The notes: a model not told the origin generated them from the sequence alone. Numbered from the stretch's first letter, positions 38,181 through 47,486 are shown. The stretch is 59,572 nt of DNA from Candidatus Saccharimonadales bacterium (GCA_041600715.1 JBFIJM010000005.1:1-59572); one strand, 5' to 3'. Made by a program: numbers and translations.

Positions 38181-40244
38181 ATGAAAAAATCGGAACCAAT
38201 CAAACTAAGGCCATACCAGACCACTGATATTGAGAATATTGAAAAAGCCTGGGATACACACCGCTCGGTATTATACCAGCTACCTACGGGTGGGGGCAAG
38301 AGTGTAGTGCTTACAAAACTAGTAAGTGATTACCCGGATGAACAAATAATAATCTTTGCACATAAAAGGAGGCTATTAACACAACTCCATGAAAGGTTAA
38401 ATGGAATGGGGATTAAAACAGGAATACTGTTTGGTCAAAGGTCTGAGGATTTAGACTCGCCTGTGGTTGTAGTATCTATTCGTACCGCAGTAAATGATAA
38501 GCGCCTTGAAAAGTTAATGCTTAGGGAGTGGAATAGAGTGATTATAGATGAGGCACGTCATTCCCGTACTAGTAGCTATGATAAGGTGCTCACAGCATTA
38601 GTGAAAAAATATCCGATGCATAAACTCTTGGGTGTGGATGCAACACCTCATCGTAAGGATGGTAAAAGGTTAGATAAGCACTTCCAAGTTCTGGTAAATT
38701 CAGGAGAAACAACAGCCTCACTGATTGATAAAGGCTTTCTATCTAAATACAAAACCTTTCAGTCACCCATTGACAAAGAATCGCTGAAGGAGCAGGTAAA
38801 GGAAAACAGCAATGATTATCAATCTACTGAACTGAGCGGATATATGCGTCAACCAAAATACCTGGAATATATAGTCGATACTTACAAGAAGTTCGGTGAA
38901 GAAAAACAGGCTATTGCTTTCGCCGTAGACTTAGCTCACGCAAAAGACTTGAGAAACTGTTTTATAAATCATGGAGGCTATAAGCCAAGCGAGATAGTCC
39001 AAATTGATTCGAGGAAGAAGCCGAAAGAAATCGATGCAGCCTTTGCAGGATATGAAAAGAAAGAGATTCAGATACTAATCAATGTAGAAATGATTACTGA
39101 AGGAGTAGACCTTCCTGACACGGGATGTATAATAGGAGCCAGACCTACAAAGTCATTAACACTTTACTTACAGATTGTCGGCAGAGGAACTCGTATCAAA
39201 AATGACGGGAGTGACCTAATAGTACTCGACTGCTGTGGTTGGACCGAAGAATACGGAACATTAAGTTCTCCAAAAACCTGGTCGCTGAATCCTGACATAG
39301 ACCCAAATAACCCGAGGAAAGGAAATAAGATAGTGGGGAGGAATGCAGCAGGTGAGTACACTGAGGATTTAACTGAGTTCGTAGGAGAAATAGTTGAGAT
39401 GACTGCTGAGGAATATATCAGGAACTTATCCAAGGGTTTAGAGTATGCCGAGGAAGAAAATAAAAGTATTGATGACAAGATTCAAGATTTACTCACTGCA
39501 CTAGCAGAGCTTATTGTTAAGTTAATGAAGGATGGTCATGCTAATTTACAATACAAAGTGAGTATCAATTACCGTAGAGTTAAAATCGAATACTTTCACA
39601 AATCAATAAAGAAGGATGAGTATAACTACAGACATCATTCAATCGATTTAGAATTTGAAAAAGATGGCGATACATCAGAATTCTTTCCTCAAATGAATTA
39701 CGGGTATGATAAGAGTGAGACCAAAAACCAAATCATCGACTTACAAATAGCTCTAGGTAAAATGTCCGAGGTATTTAATAACAAGAAAAAGCTAGATGGG
39801 TTAGAAGATGACGCTAAGGGATTTATATCACAAATCACTGACTTAGAAGAATCTAAAATTAATCTGGATGAATTCAAGGAGCAGGCTAGAAGGTTTAAAA
39901 GAGAGCAGTGGGAGAAGAAAATAGATGACCACTTTATAGAAAGCAGCAAGTTTATGTTTGAAAAGACTTTGCGTTATAACGCTTTCTTCAGAGATTACAG
40001 TAGAGGTTTCAACATAGAAGGGGTTGAATTTCCGAAAGGAAAAATTAACAAGACCAATAATATAATGATTCTCCATAAGGTAAGAATGGATAGGAATTGG
40101 CGTTATAAGGAAGAAAACAAGCCCGAGTATACTGAATCAAGAGTAACGGAGACAAGGGAGTATATTAAAATAGATAAAATCCATGAATTACTTAAGGCCG
40201 GAAAGTGGGGTGAGGTAAAAAAAGAAGAATTAGAAACAGTTTAA
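38181..40244 (+). CDS. Superfamily 2 (DExH, RadD/UvsW-like) helicase with a long C-terminal extension
   Basis: LRPYQ, LPTGGGKS, IIDEARH, ATP.R.DG, ITEGVDLP and QIVGRGTR. Confidence 0.9.
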   Translation: MKKSEPIKLRPYQTTDIENIEKAWDTHRSVLYQLPTGGGKSVVLTKLVSDYPDEQIIIFAHKRRLLTQLHERLNGMGIKTGILFGQRSEDLDSPVVVVSIRTAVNDKRLEKLMLREWNRVIIDEARHSRTSSYDKVLTALVKKYPMHKLLGVDATPHRKDGKRLDKHFQVLVNSGETTASLIDKGFLSKYKTFQSPIDKESLKEQVKENSNDYQSTELSGYMRQPKYLEYIVDTYKKFGEEKQAIAFAVDLAHAKDLRNCFINHGGYKPSEIVQIDSRKKPKEIDAAFAGYEKKEIQILINVEMITEGVDLPDTGCIIGARPTKSLTLYLQIVGRGTRIKNDGSDLIVLDCCGWTEEYGTLSSPKTWSLNPDIDPNNPRKGNKIVGRNAAGEYTEDLTEFVGEIVEMTAEEYIRNLSKGLEYAEEENKSIDDKIQDLLTALAELIVKLMKDGHANLQYKVSINYRRVKIEYFHKSIKKDEYNYRHHSIDLEFEKDGDTSEFFPQMNYGYDKSETKNQIIDLQIALGKMSEVFNNKKKLDGLEDDAKGFISQITDLEESKINLDEFKEQARRFKREQWEKKIDDHFIESSKFMFEKTLRYNAFFRDYSRGFNIEGVEFPKGKINKTNNIMILHKVRMDRNWRYKEENKPEYTESRVTETREYIKIDKIHELLKAGKWGEVKKEELETV

Positions 40245-40255
40245 AAATAAAGTAT

Positions 40256-41020
40256 ATGGGAAAAACACAATTAGCAGTATCAGAGGCATTTTACTCTCTA
40301 CAAGGAGAAGGCAAGACAGTAGGTATTCCCTCTGTCTTCCTAAGATTAAAATCCTGCAACCTAACCTGCGGGTTCACACAGAAGCAGGCAAATAGTTATG
40401 TTAAGGGCGAAATTGATATAATGAAGAAAGACCTGCCTGATTCAACATGGTTCTGTGATACAGTAAATGTATTTCTAACCGGGCACAAGAAAGATTTCGA
40501 AGACGTCCTGCCAATTGACTTCGTACATAGGCTACGCCAAGGTGCCCACTTAATAGTTACAGGGGGAGAGCCTTTACTACAAAGAGAGGGGATTGTAAAT
40601 TATTTAACTTGGTTTATCAATAAGTATCAATTCACGCCTTTCGTAGAACTAGAGACAAATGGAACTATACCTCTGGAGAATTTAGGTGAATATATAGACC
40701 AAGTAAACTGTTCGCCTAAATTATCTAACTCTGGTGTTAAACTCGAGGCTAGATACTGCCCGAATGTTATAGAAAAACTGAATGAGAGGAGAGATACTAT
40801 CTTTAAATTCGTAATTTCATCCTCTCAAGATTGGCAGGAGGTTGTAGAGGATTATCTACCCTATATAGACAAAAAGAAAATCTGGCTCATGCCAGCAGCT
40901 TCAACGCTAAAAGAATTATTAATTAACAATAAAGTAACCGCTCAAATGGCTATCGACAATTGTGTGAATTTCACATCACGTATTCAGGTAGAGGTTTGGG
41001 ATAAAACAACAGGAGTATGA
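40256..41020 (+). CDS. queE: 7-carboxy-7-deazaguanine synthase QueE (radical SAM)
   Basis: FYSLQGEG...G.PSVFLRL..CNL.C...CDT, TGGEPLLQ, ETNGT, SPKL and KFV. Confidence 0.92.
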   Translation: MGKTQLAVSEAFYSLQGEGKTVGIPSVFLRLKSCNLTCGFTQKQANSYVKGEIDIMKKDLPDSTWFCDTVNVFLTGHKKDFEDVLPIDFVHRLRQGAHLIVTGGEPLLQREGIVNYLTWFINKYQFTPFVELETNGTIPLENLGEYIDQVNCSPKLSNSGVKLEARYCPNVIEKLNERRDTIFKFVISSSQDWQEVVEDYLPYIDKKKIWLMPAASTLKELLINNKVTAQMAIDNCVNFTSRIQVEVWDKTTGV

Positions 41021-41646
41021 TGGAAAAGAAACATGCACACCACAACAAACCTCTATCTAAAGAGGAGAAAGAGAAAATGATAGCGGAAGCATCTAAACAC
41101 TATGCTGGGTTTATGACAGCTCTAGGGATAGACCATGAAAATGACCCTAATAGCAAAGACACTCCGATGAGAGTAGCCAAGTCATTTGTTAATGACCTTA
41201 TAAAAGGGCGCTATCAAGAAGAGCTGAAAATAACCTCATTTGACAATATCGAGAAATATGATGGTTTAGTGTTCCAAGGGAATATTGATATGAAGTCAAT
41301 GTGCTCACATCATCACCTAGCTTTTGCAGGTGTTGTTCATGTAGCATACATTCCAGCACCTGATGGAAAAATCATCGGCCTATCTAAGCTGAATAGAATA
41401 GTAGAATATTACAGCAGGAGACCTCAAGTCCAGGAGAACCTCACTCAACAGATTTCTAAGCATATAGATAAGGTGTGTGAAAAGAACCTGGGTGTAGCAG
41501 TGTTAGTGGAAGCACAACATACTTGCTGCTCACACAGAGGTATTAAGCATGAGTCAACTATGAAAACATCTAAGCTGACAGGAGTGTTCTTAGATAATGA
41601 AAATCTTGCTAGACAAGAATTTTATGATTTTGTAAATAATTTATAA
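41017..41646 (+). CDS. folE: GTP cyclohydrolase I
   Basis: DTP.RVAK, SMCSHH, IGLSKLNR, RRPQVQE and H.CC..RG. Confidence 0.95.
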   Translation: MMEKKHAHHNKPLSKEEKEKMIAEASKHYAGFMTALGIDHENDPNSKDTPMRVAKSFVNDLIKGRYQEELKITSFDNIEKYDGLVFQGNIDMKSMCSHHHLAFAGVVHVAYIPAPDGKIIGLSKLNRIVEYYSRRPQVQENLTQQISKHIDKVCEKNLGVAVLVEAQHTCCSHRGIKHESTMKTSKLTGVFLDNENLARQEFYDFVNNL

Positions 41647-41658
41647 ATAAATAGAGAT

Positions 41659-42171
41659 ATGAAAACAGGAAAACAATTACTCGATGCGGGCATCATTACC
41701 GGAGAAATCAATGAAAAGAATGTCGCACAGCACGGCATCGACCTGAATGTAAAAAGAATTCAGAGAATGCTGGACGTAGGTTTTATACCAAAGGATGGTA
41801 AAACTAGGCTAGTTAGATATAGCGATGTAGAGATACACAAAGACAGCGAATCTAATATTGAGAAGTGGCACTTAGAGCCCGGAGCCTACAACGTAGACTT
41901 TGTTCAGGGATGTGATATCCCTAATGACAAAATGCTATTGCTAAGACAAAGAAGCAGTCTATTGAGAAATGGAACAATACTTCATTCATCAGTATTCGAC
42001 GCCGGCTTTAAAACTGAACACATGGGCTCTGTAATCATCGTAGCACATCCTATTGAAATAGAAGTAGGGGCTAGAATTTGCCAGGTATATGCGCATGATT
42101 CAAATCCTGTAGAAAATCTATATGAAGGTCAATTTCAGGGGGATAAGCAAAGAGAGGGGGAAGAGTCATGA
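41659..42171 (+). CDS. Trimeric dUTPase/dCTP deaminase superfamily protein
   Basis: GIDL, RSSL.RNG, VFDAGF, G.RICQ and C-terminal Y.GQFQ. Confidence 0.85.
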   Translation: MKTGKQLLDAGIITGEINEKNVAQHGIDLNVKRIQRMLDVGFIPKDGKTRLVRYSDVEIHKDSESNIEKWHLEPGAYNVDFVQGCDIPNDKMLLLRQRSSLLRNGTILHSSVFDAGFKTEHMGSVIIVAHPIEIEVGARICQVYAHDSNPVENLYEGQFQGDKQREGEES

Positions 42172-42941
42172 TTAAAGTATCACATGAAATACCGATAAGG
42201 TTGTTCCCTCAGCATGATTTTATTAATGACTACCCTTATGCATTAGCACATTTGTTAATGAAAGGAACAGAGCATTATGAATCGACATACGCGAAATTCT
42301 ATAAAGCTAAGCTTCAAACTGCAGAGTTTTCAATACTAGACAACAGCTGCTATGAGCTCGGAGAACCAATTGATAGTCACATCTTGTATGTGTTAGGTGA
42401 GGAATATAAGCCGACTCACCTAGTAGTACCTGATATGTATCAAAACATGGCTGGTACAGTAGGCTCAGTATTCAGATATATTGAGGAATATGGGCAAGAT
42501 TCTACGCCAAAATTCTTCGCTGTAGTACAAGGAACCACTTTAGAGGAGTACATCGAGTGCTTTGACGTCTTTGCAAAAGAACCCACTATTGATATAGTAG
42601 GCGTTAATTTTAAAACATTGTCTGATGGGAAGGGTAGACAGGATTTTTTACAGCACCTTATCGAGACAGGGAAAGATAAGATGAAAAAAATTCATCTATT
42701 AGGCTGCGAGAACGCCTCTGAATTTCTAGAGTATAGCAATGAGGTGATGAGGATAGTTCATTCTGTGGATACAAGCGCCCCGATAGTGCATGGGTGGAAT
42801 CTGAATAAGTTTACCAATGAGCCATTCAATTATGAAAAGCCTGATGAGAAGATTGCAGAGCATTTGTTTAAAACGCTAAATAGACAGCAGCGCGATATGA
42901 TTAGTCATAATGTGAGGATGTTCAGAAGCTTTATACATTAA
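42168..42941 (+). CDS. TGT-fold (DpdA-like) deazaguanine transglycosylase
   Basis: ILDNS.YE.G, VVPD, FAVVQG, HLLG and SVDTS align in order with tRNA-guanine transglycosylase motifs. No C-terminal Zn site. Embedded in the preQ0 cluster. Confidence 0.75.
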   Translation: MIKVSHEIPIRLFPQHDFINDYPYALAHLLMKGTEHYESTYAKFYKAKLQTAEFSILDNSCYELGEPIDSHILYVLGEEYKPTHLVVPDMYQNMAGTVGSVFRYIEEYGQDSTPKFFAVVQGTTLEEYIECFDVFAKEPTIDIVGVNFKTLSDGKGRQDFLQHLIETGKDKMKKIHLLGCENASEFLEYSNEVMRIVHSVDTSAPIVHGWNLNKFTNEPFNYEKPDEKIAEHLFKTLNRQQRDMISHNVRMFRSFIH

Positions 42942-42943
42942 TT

Positions 42944-43486
42944 ATGAGTAGAATAATATTGTCAGGTGTTCAGTCAAGTGGTAAATCAACCCTGCTGAAG
43001 GATATAAGATTAGATGTACCGGAATTAACCATCTATGACGAGATAGTGAGAACTCTAATTAAGAAGGGTGTCAAGATAAACAGAGAGGCTGACCATGAAT
43101 CTCAATGTGCGATATTAAAAGCGCATTACGAGAACTCTCTTGCGAATGATGAGTTTATCTCCGATAGAGGGGCAATAGATGCCTTTGTTTATGGCACATG
43201 GAGTTATCTGAATGGGGATTTTACGTACGAGGAGCATAAAATTCAGGAGCAGATTTTCTTAGGGTGTCTACCAAGATACACACACAACTTTTATTTACCA
43301 ATAGAATTCAAGGCTATTGAGGATGAAGTAAGAGATACAAATGAAGAGTATCGAGAAGAACTGGAGAGAATCTACTACATGACTTATGACAAGTATGACA
43401 TACCCTTTGTAGAGCTAAGGGGCTCTGTGGATGAGAGGCTCGGTATTTTCTGGAGCAATGTGATTTATAAAACAAAGCAGAAATAA
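42944..43486 (+). CDS. P-loop nucleotide kinase-like protein (AAA_28/NadR/TMK-like)
   Basis: SGVQSSGKST Walker A, ISDRGAID, and a D.VR lid. Confidence 0.8.
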   Translation: MSRIILSGVQSSGKSTLLKDIRLDVPELTIYDEIVRTLIKKGVKINREADHESQCAILKAHYENSLANDEFISDRGAIDAFVYGTWSYLNGDFTYEEHKIQEQIFLGCLPRYTHNFYLPIEFKAIEDEVRDTNEEYREELERIYYMTYDKYDIPFVELRGSVDERLGIFWSNVIYKTKQK

Positions 43487-43520
43487 ACTTTGTTTATGTA
43501 AAATAAACAAAGTAAATTTA
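43481..43520 (+). promoter_or_regulatory. Promoter AAATAAAC-TTTG-N20-TAAATTTA with an overlapping 11-bp inverted repeat
   Basis: TTTG at 43489-43492 and TAAATTTA at 43513-43520. ACTTTGTTTAT (43487-43497) and ATAAACAAAGT (43503-43513) are inverted repeats. Confidence 0.75.
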
Positions 43521-43523
43521 GGT

Positions 43524-44063
43524 ATGAGAAAATCGGAGAATATTTCAAAGTACAATTTGGCGTGGCAGCTATGTCGTATTTCTATCAAAGGGAGTGGGTT
43601 TAACTGCGAAGAGAAGATATTAAAAGTCTTTTCATATTTCGAGGAAAAACCATCTCTTCAAAGGTGGGAGCGTGTCTATAACTTCTTGGAGGGACTTCAA
43701 AGAGGGTATAAGGCTGCAAGGATGGATAATGAGATAATGCTAATCCAAACACATCTCGACTGCTTTAAAATAAGTGAAGGTCTAGAATTAGAGGAAGAAG
43801 AAACTGACGACTGGGATTCTATTGAATGGAATGCTATGAATTTAGGAATCAAGCTCTACAAAGACCTTTTCAAGAGAAGTGAGAAGTGGCTCAAAGGTGG
43901 ATATTTTCATAAAGAGCAAGAGGCTTTTGTTGATAAATTACATGAGGTGCTAATAAAAGGAGGCTGGGTGTACTCGGCTCACGACAGACATAATATAAAG
44001 AGATTAAGAGAACTAAGGGCTAATTCATTAACTATGAAGAATAAGCATAATTTCTTTTTTTAA
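43524..44063 (+). CDS. Hypothetical helical protein inside the que cluster
   Basis: 179 aa ORF filling the gap between the kinase and queC. No recognised motif. Confidence 0.6.
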   Translation: MRKSENISKYNLAWQLCRISIKGSGFNCEEKILKVFSYFEEKPSLQRWERVYNFLEGLQRGYKAARMDNEIMLIQTHLDCFKISEGLELEEEETDDWDSIEWNAMNLGIKLYKDLFKRSEKWLKGGYFHKEQEAFVDKLHEVLIKGGWVYSAHDRHNIKRLRELRANSLTMKNKHNFFF

Positions 44064-44080
44064 CATTTAAAACAATAACA

Positions 44081-44749
44081 ATGAAAAAAGCAGTAGTAAT
44101 ATTTTCAGGTGGACAAGACTCCACAACATGCCTAGGATGGGCATTGAATAGATATGATGTAGTAGAGGCTATAACATTCAACTATGGACAGAAACACTCT
44201 GTCGAATTAAAATGTGCCGAGATAATCTGTGAAAAAGCAGGGGTAAAACAAACAGTAGTTGACATCTCTTTCCTGGGTACAATTGTGGAAAGCGCATTAA
44301 CGTCCAATGGAGATGTAAATAAGATAAACGATAAAGGGCTCCCGGCATCATTTGTGCCAAACAGAAATCAACTCTTCATCACACTTGCACACGCCTATGC
44401 TCAGAAAATAGGTGCAGAGACATTAATCACAGGAACTTGCGAAACTGATTTCAGCGGATACCCTGATTGCCGACAAGTATTCATCGATTCGATTGCATTG
44501 TCTTCTAATCTAGGTTCAGATTCTAAAATCAAAATCGAAACTCCACTAATGTACCTAAACAAAGCGGAGACCTTTAAAATGGCTCAAGAAGAGGGTTGCC
44601 TAGAAGAAGTAATTGAATTAAGTCACACTTGTTATAACGGAGTGAGGGATATATTGTATGACTGGGGTTATGGATGCAATGATTGCCCTGCCTGTGAATT
44701 GAGAAGAAAAGGTTGGGAAGAGGCGTCTAATCAATCAATTAATGATTAA
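44081..44749 (+). CDS. queC: 7-cyano-7-deazaguanine synthase QueC
   Basis: FSGGQDS, FNYGQKH..EL, FVPNRN, GYPDCR and TCYNG...GC..CPAC..R. Confidence 0.96.
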   Translation: MKKAVVIFSGGQDSTTCLGWALNRYDVVEAITFNYGQKHSVELKCAEIICEKAGVKQTVVDISFLGTIVESALTSNGDVNKINDKGLPASFVPNRNQLFITLAHAYAQKIGAETLITGTCETDFSGYPDCRQVFIDSIALSSNLGSDSKIKIETPLMYLNKAETFKMAQEEGCLEEVIELSHTCYNGVRDILYDWGYGCNDCPACELRRKGWEEASNQSIND

Positions 44750-44753
44750 ATAG

Positions 44754-44793
44754 AAATAAAATTTGTTTATTAAAAATAAAGTAATTATATTTA
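44754..44793 (+). promoter_or_regulatory. Phage promoter AAATAAAA-TTTG-N20-TATATTTA
   Basis: TTTG at 44762-44765 and TATATTTA at 44786-44793. Confidence 0.8.
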
Positions 44794-44820
44794 GGGAAAT
44801 ATTTAAAAACTAAAATCGTT

Positions 44821-45453
44821 ATGTCAAAAAAAACAGCAGAAGTAATTAGAAAAGAGACTAAGACTAAGCTATCTAAATATGGTAGCCCCCAGCTCTTAGC
44901 AAAATTAGAAAAAGGCGGGTTTATCGGAGTGTCTGAGGAAGTAGCCTTGGAAATCCTAGAAGAGAGAGAGAAGAAAAAAGAGACTGCAGATAACAAAGGT
45001 TCTAGCTGGGCCAAGAACGGCTCTCATAAAAAAGTAACCAAGTCGGAGCCGGAGGAAGAAGAGCAGATTGGTGAAGAAGAGGAAGAGTCTATAGAAAAAG
45101 AAGAAGGCGAAGAGAAGATTGAAAAAATAGAGGAGACTAAGCCTTTAGGTGAGAGTGTGGCTGCGAAAGCAGTTAGGCTGTCAGCTGAAAAGAAAGCTGC
45201 TGGAGAAAAGGTGGTAGCCAAAGAAGAACCAGCACCCAAAGCTGCTGTTAAAAAGCCTACTGTAAAGAAAACATCTTTCACAGGAGAGGAGTTAGACCAA
45301 CAGGCTGCAATTGTAGCAGAGAAAATTTCAAAGTCTGACAAAATTCGAAAGCTACACGCATTAGGATTATCTGTTTCGCAGATAAGTAAAGTAGAAGGGT
45401 TAGATGCTATCTACCAACAAGTCAGAGGCGTTGTTAAAAAGATGGAGTCGTAA
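44821..45453 (+). CDS. Charged low-complexity protein with a C-terminal HTH
   Basis: SKSDKIRKLHALGLSVSQISK....IYQQVRGVV helix-turn-helix pattern. Confidence 0.6.
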   Translation: MSKKTAEVIRKETKTKLSKYGSPQLLAKLEKGGFIGVSEEVALEILEEREKKKETADNKGSSWAKNGSHKKVTKSEPEEEEQIGEEEEESIEKEEGEEKIEKIEETKPLGESVAAKAVRLSAEKKAAGEKVVAKEEPAPKAAVKKPTVKKTSFTGEELDQQAAIVAEKISKSDKIRKLHALGLSVSQISKVEGLDAIYQQVRGVVKKMES

Positions 45454-46001
45454 TGATGGAGGAGGCAGAAGTAATTTCGTTCCCTTTGGGAGATAAAGTG
45501 GTGTTGCTAAAGCTCACATCCTTTGACGAAATAGATACGGACGAAATTACTAAAATACAGTATCATAACATCATAGGCGAGCTACTTACCTGCTCAACTG
45601 TTCTAAACAGGTTTGGGAATATGGTGGCAGAGGCAGATGAGCTTCTAGCAAAAGCTAAACTAGGATACGATATCTTTTACGCCCAAGAGTATGCCAAGGC
45701 CGCTAAAGAAGGGACTATTAAATACACTAATACTAGGCAAAGAGAAGTAGTGGAGATTCCGTCCTCGAATAAAATTGAGCAAGTAATAAAGGCCAAGCCT
45801 GAGTATGCATCAAAAATAAGAGAAGTCATTAGATTACAGAAACAGCGAGATATAATCAATTCCTTGTATTGGGCTGTTAAATCGAAAGATGATAAATTAA
45901 ATAAATTAACAGACAAAATCAGACCCGAGGACTTTAGTAAAGAACTAGTGGAAGAGGAAATCAACGGAATATTAATCAGAGTTAAACAGAAAGCAATATA
46001 A
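45453..46001 (+). CDS. UvsY-like recombination mediator (putative)
   Basis: Helical 182 aa protein directly upstream of the SSB in a T4-like recombination module. Confidence 0.45.
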   Translation: MMEEAEVISFPLGDKVVLLKLTSFDEIDTDEITKIQYHNIIGELLTCSTVLNRFGNMVAEADELLAKAKLGYDIFYAQEYAKAAKEGTIKYTNTRQREVVEIPSSNKIEQVIKAKPEYASKIREVIRLQKQRDIINSLYWAVKSKDDKLNKLTDKIRPEDFSKELVEEEINGILIRVKQKAI

Positions 46002-46024
46002 ATTTAATTTTAAAAAGTAAAAAC

Positions 46025-47416
46025 ATGGCAGAAGCTAAAAAATTTGACAGGTCTAAATTCAAAGACACTGTAACAGCAGAGCAGCTACAAGCTCAAGACC
46101 AAGCGGTTGAAAAGGCTGCGGGTAAAGATTATGACAATAACTATGCCTCATGGCATAAAATTGAAGAGGGTGTAAACAAGTTCCGGTTATACCCAGCGCA
46201 TCCAAATGAAGAAGGTCACTCATTCGTAGTACCTGTTCAAAGATGGTGGCTGACAGTGGAGGTAGAAGAGAAGGATGACAAAGGGAATGTAGTGATGAAT
46301 GGAAGTAGTCCTAAAATGAAAAAAGTGCGAAAAAGAGTGTTCGACGGGCGTGTTCACAGTAAAGTGGGAAAAGATGTAGTCAACGAATACATTGAGTTTT
46401 TAACAAGAACTCTCAGGGGAGAGGGATTGAGTGAAGCCGAGATTACAGAAAAACTTCTCCCTATTTATGGTAGATTCTCTCCAGTGCCAGCTCAAAGAGT
46501 AAATGGTATCACGGGGAAACCTGAATGGGTGATGTTTGCAGAGAAAGTTCAAGGAGAGCAGAGAATATTTGGTAAACTCCCAATTGGGAAGGCTGTTAAA
46601 ATAAGACTGAACGACCTCATTGCGAGAGAGTCTGCTGACGAGCCTATAGGTAGTGAGGCGACTAATCCATTCACTGACCCAGATGATGGTAGACTATTGG
46701 AGATTACCTATAATGGGAAAGCAACAAAAGCAGCCGATTATTATAAAACCGAAATAGATTCCTCTTTTGACAAAGACACTAAGATGATTAAATTAATGCC
46801 TTTGTCTGATGATGACCTAGGTAAGTTCATGGAATTCGATTCATTGCATGACCAATACGTTGATTGCTATACAACAAGAGATTTCGAGGTGGCAATGGAA
46901 GGATTGAAGAATCTAGATGAAGAGAATGACTTTGGAGTATTTCAATATGACGTATTCCTAGACACTTGTGAGGAATTGTCAAAAGCTTATCCTGAGCCGA
47001 AAGCAAAAAGCGAAACAGAAGATGCTTCAAAAGAAGAATCTAAAGAAGTAGGTGAATTCGATTTCGACAATATGGATAGAAATGCCCTGAAAATCTTTAA
47101 CAGAGATAATAACTGCGGCCTCGTGGTGACCAAGAACATGGATGATGACGCAATCAGGGAGGAATTGTACGCATGGCTAGATGCACAGCAACAGGCATTA
47201 GCAACAGCAGATAATGAGCCAGAAGAAGAAGAAGTAGAAGTAGAAGAGATGGAGGAAGAAGTAGAAGAGGTAGAAGAGGAAGTGGAAGAAGAAGAGGACT
47301 CTGCTATAGATGACTTACCTTTCGATGCTAAAGAAAGAGGTGCTCCAGTAAAGCCTGAAAAGGAATTATCAACAGCTGAGAGAATCAAAGCTTTGAGAGA
47401 GAAGCAGAAATCATAA
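46025..47416 (+). CDS. Single-stranded DNA-binding protein, gp32-like
   Basis: G.N.FRL.P, FTDPDDGR.L.I motif, and an acidic tail ending in DDLPF. Confidence 0.7.
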   Translation: MAEAKKFDRSKFKDTVTAEQLQAQDQAVEKAAGKDYDNNYASWHKIEEGVNKFRLYPAHPNEEGHSFVVPVQRWWLTVEVEEKDDKGNVVMNGSSPKMKKVRKRVFDGRVHSKVGKDVVNEYIEFLTRTLRGEGLSEAEITEKLLPIYGRFSPVPAQRVNGITGKPEWVMFAEKVQGEQRIFGKLPIGKAVKIRLNDLIARESADEPIGSEATNPFTDPDDGRLLEITYNGKATKAADYYKTEIDSSFDKDTKMIKLMPLSDDDLGKFMEFDSLHDQYVDCYTTRDFEVAMEGLKNLDEENDFGVFQYDVFLDTCEELSKAYPEPKAKSETEDASKEESKEVGEFDFDNMDRNALKIFNRDNNCGLVVTKNMDDDAIREELYAWLDAQQQALATADNEPEEEEVEVEEMEEEVEEVEEEVEEEEDSAIDDLPFDAKERGAPVKPEKELSTAERIKALREKQKS

Positions 47417-47486
47417 TTAAATTGACCTTACCGCTGCATTGTAAGTAGGTGACTTGTTAGTGGAATATGAACTAACCGCAACCCAC

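Noticed and set aside
42168-42941. Canonical tRNA-guanine transglycosylase (tgt) for queuosine
   Set aside because: Too short, lacks the Zn-binding CxCxxC, and no queF/queA is present. A DNA- or nucleotide-directed paralogue fits better.
35657-44080. Cobalamin riboswitch before nrdJ or preQ1 riboswitch before que genes
   Set aside because: The gaps directly before these genes are under about 20 nt, and no consensus aptamer is visible.
47221-47298. Purine-rich tract as a DNA structural element
   Set aside because: Fully explained by the Glu/Val-rich acidic tail of the SSB.
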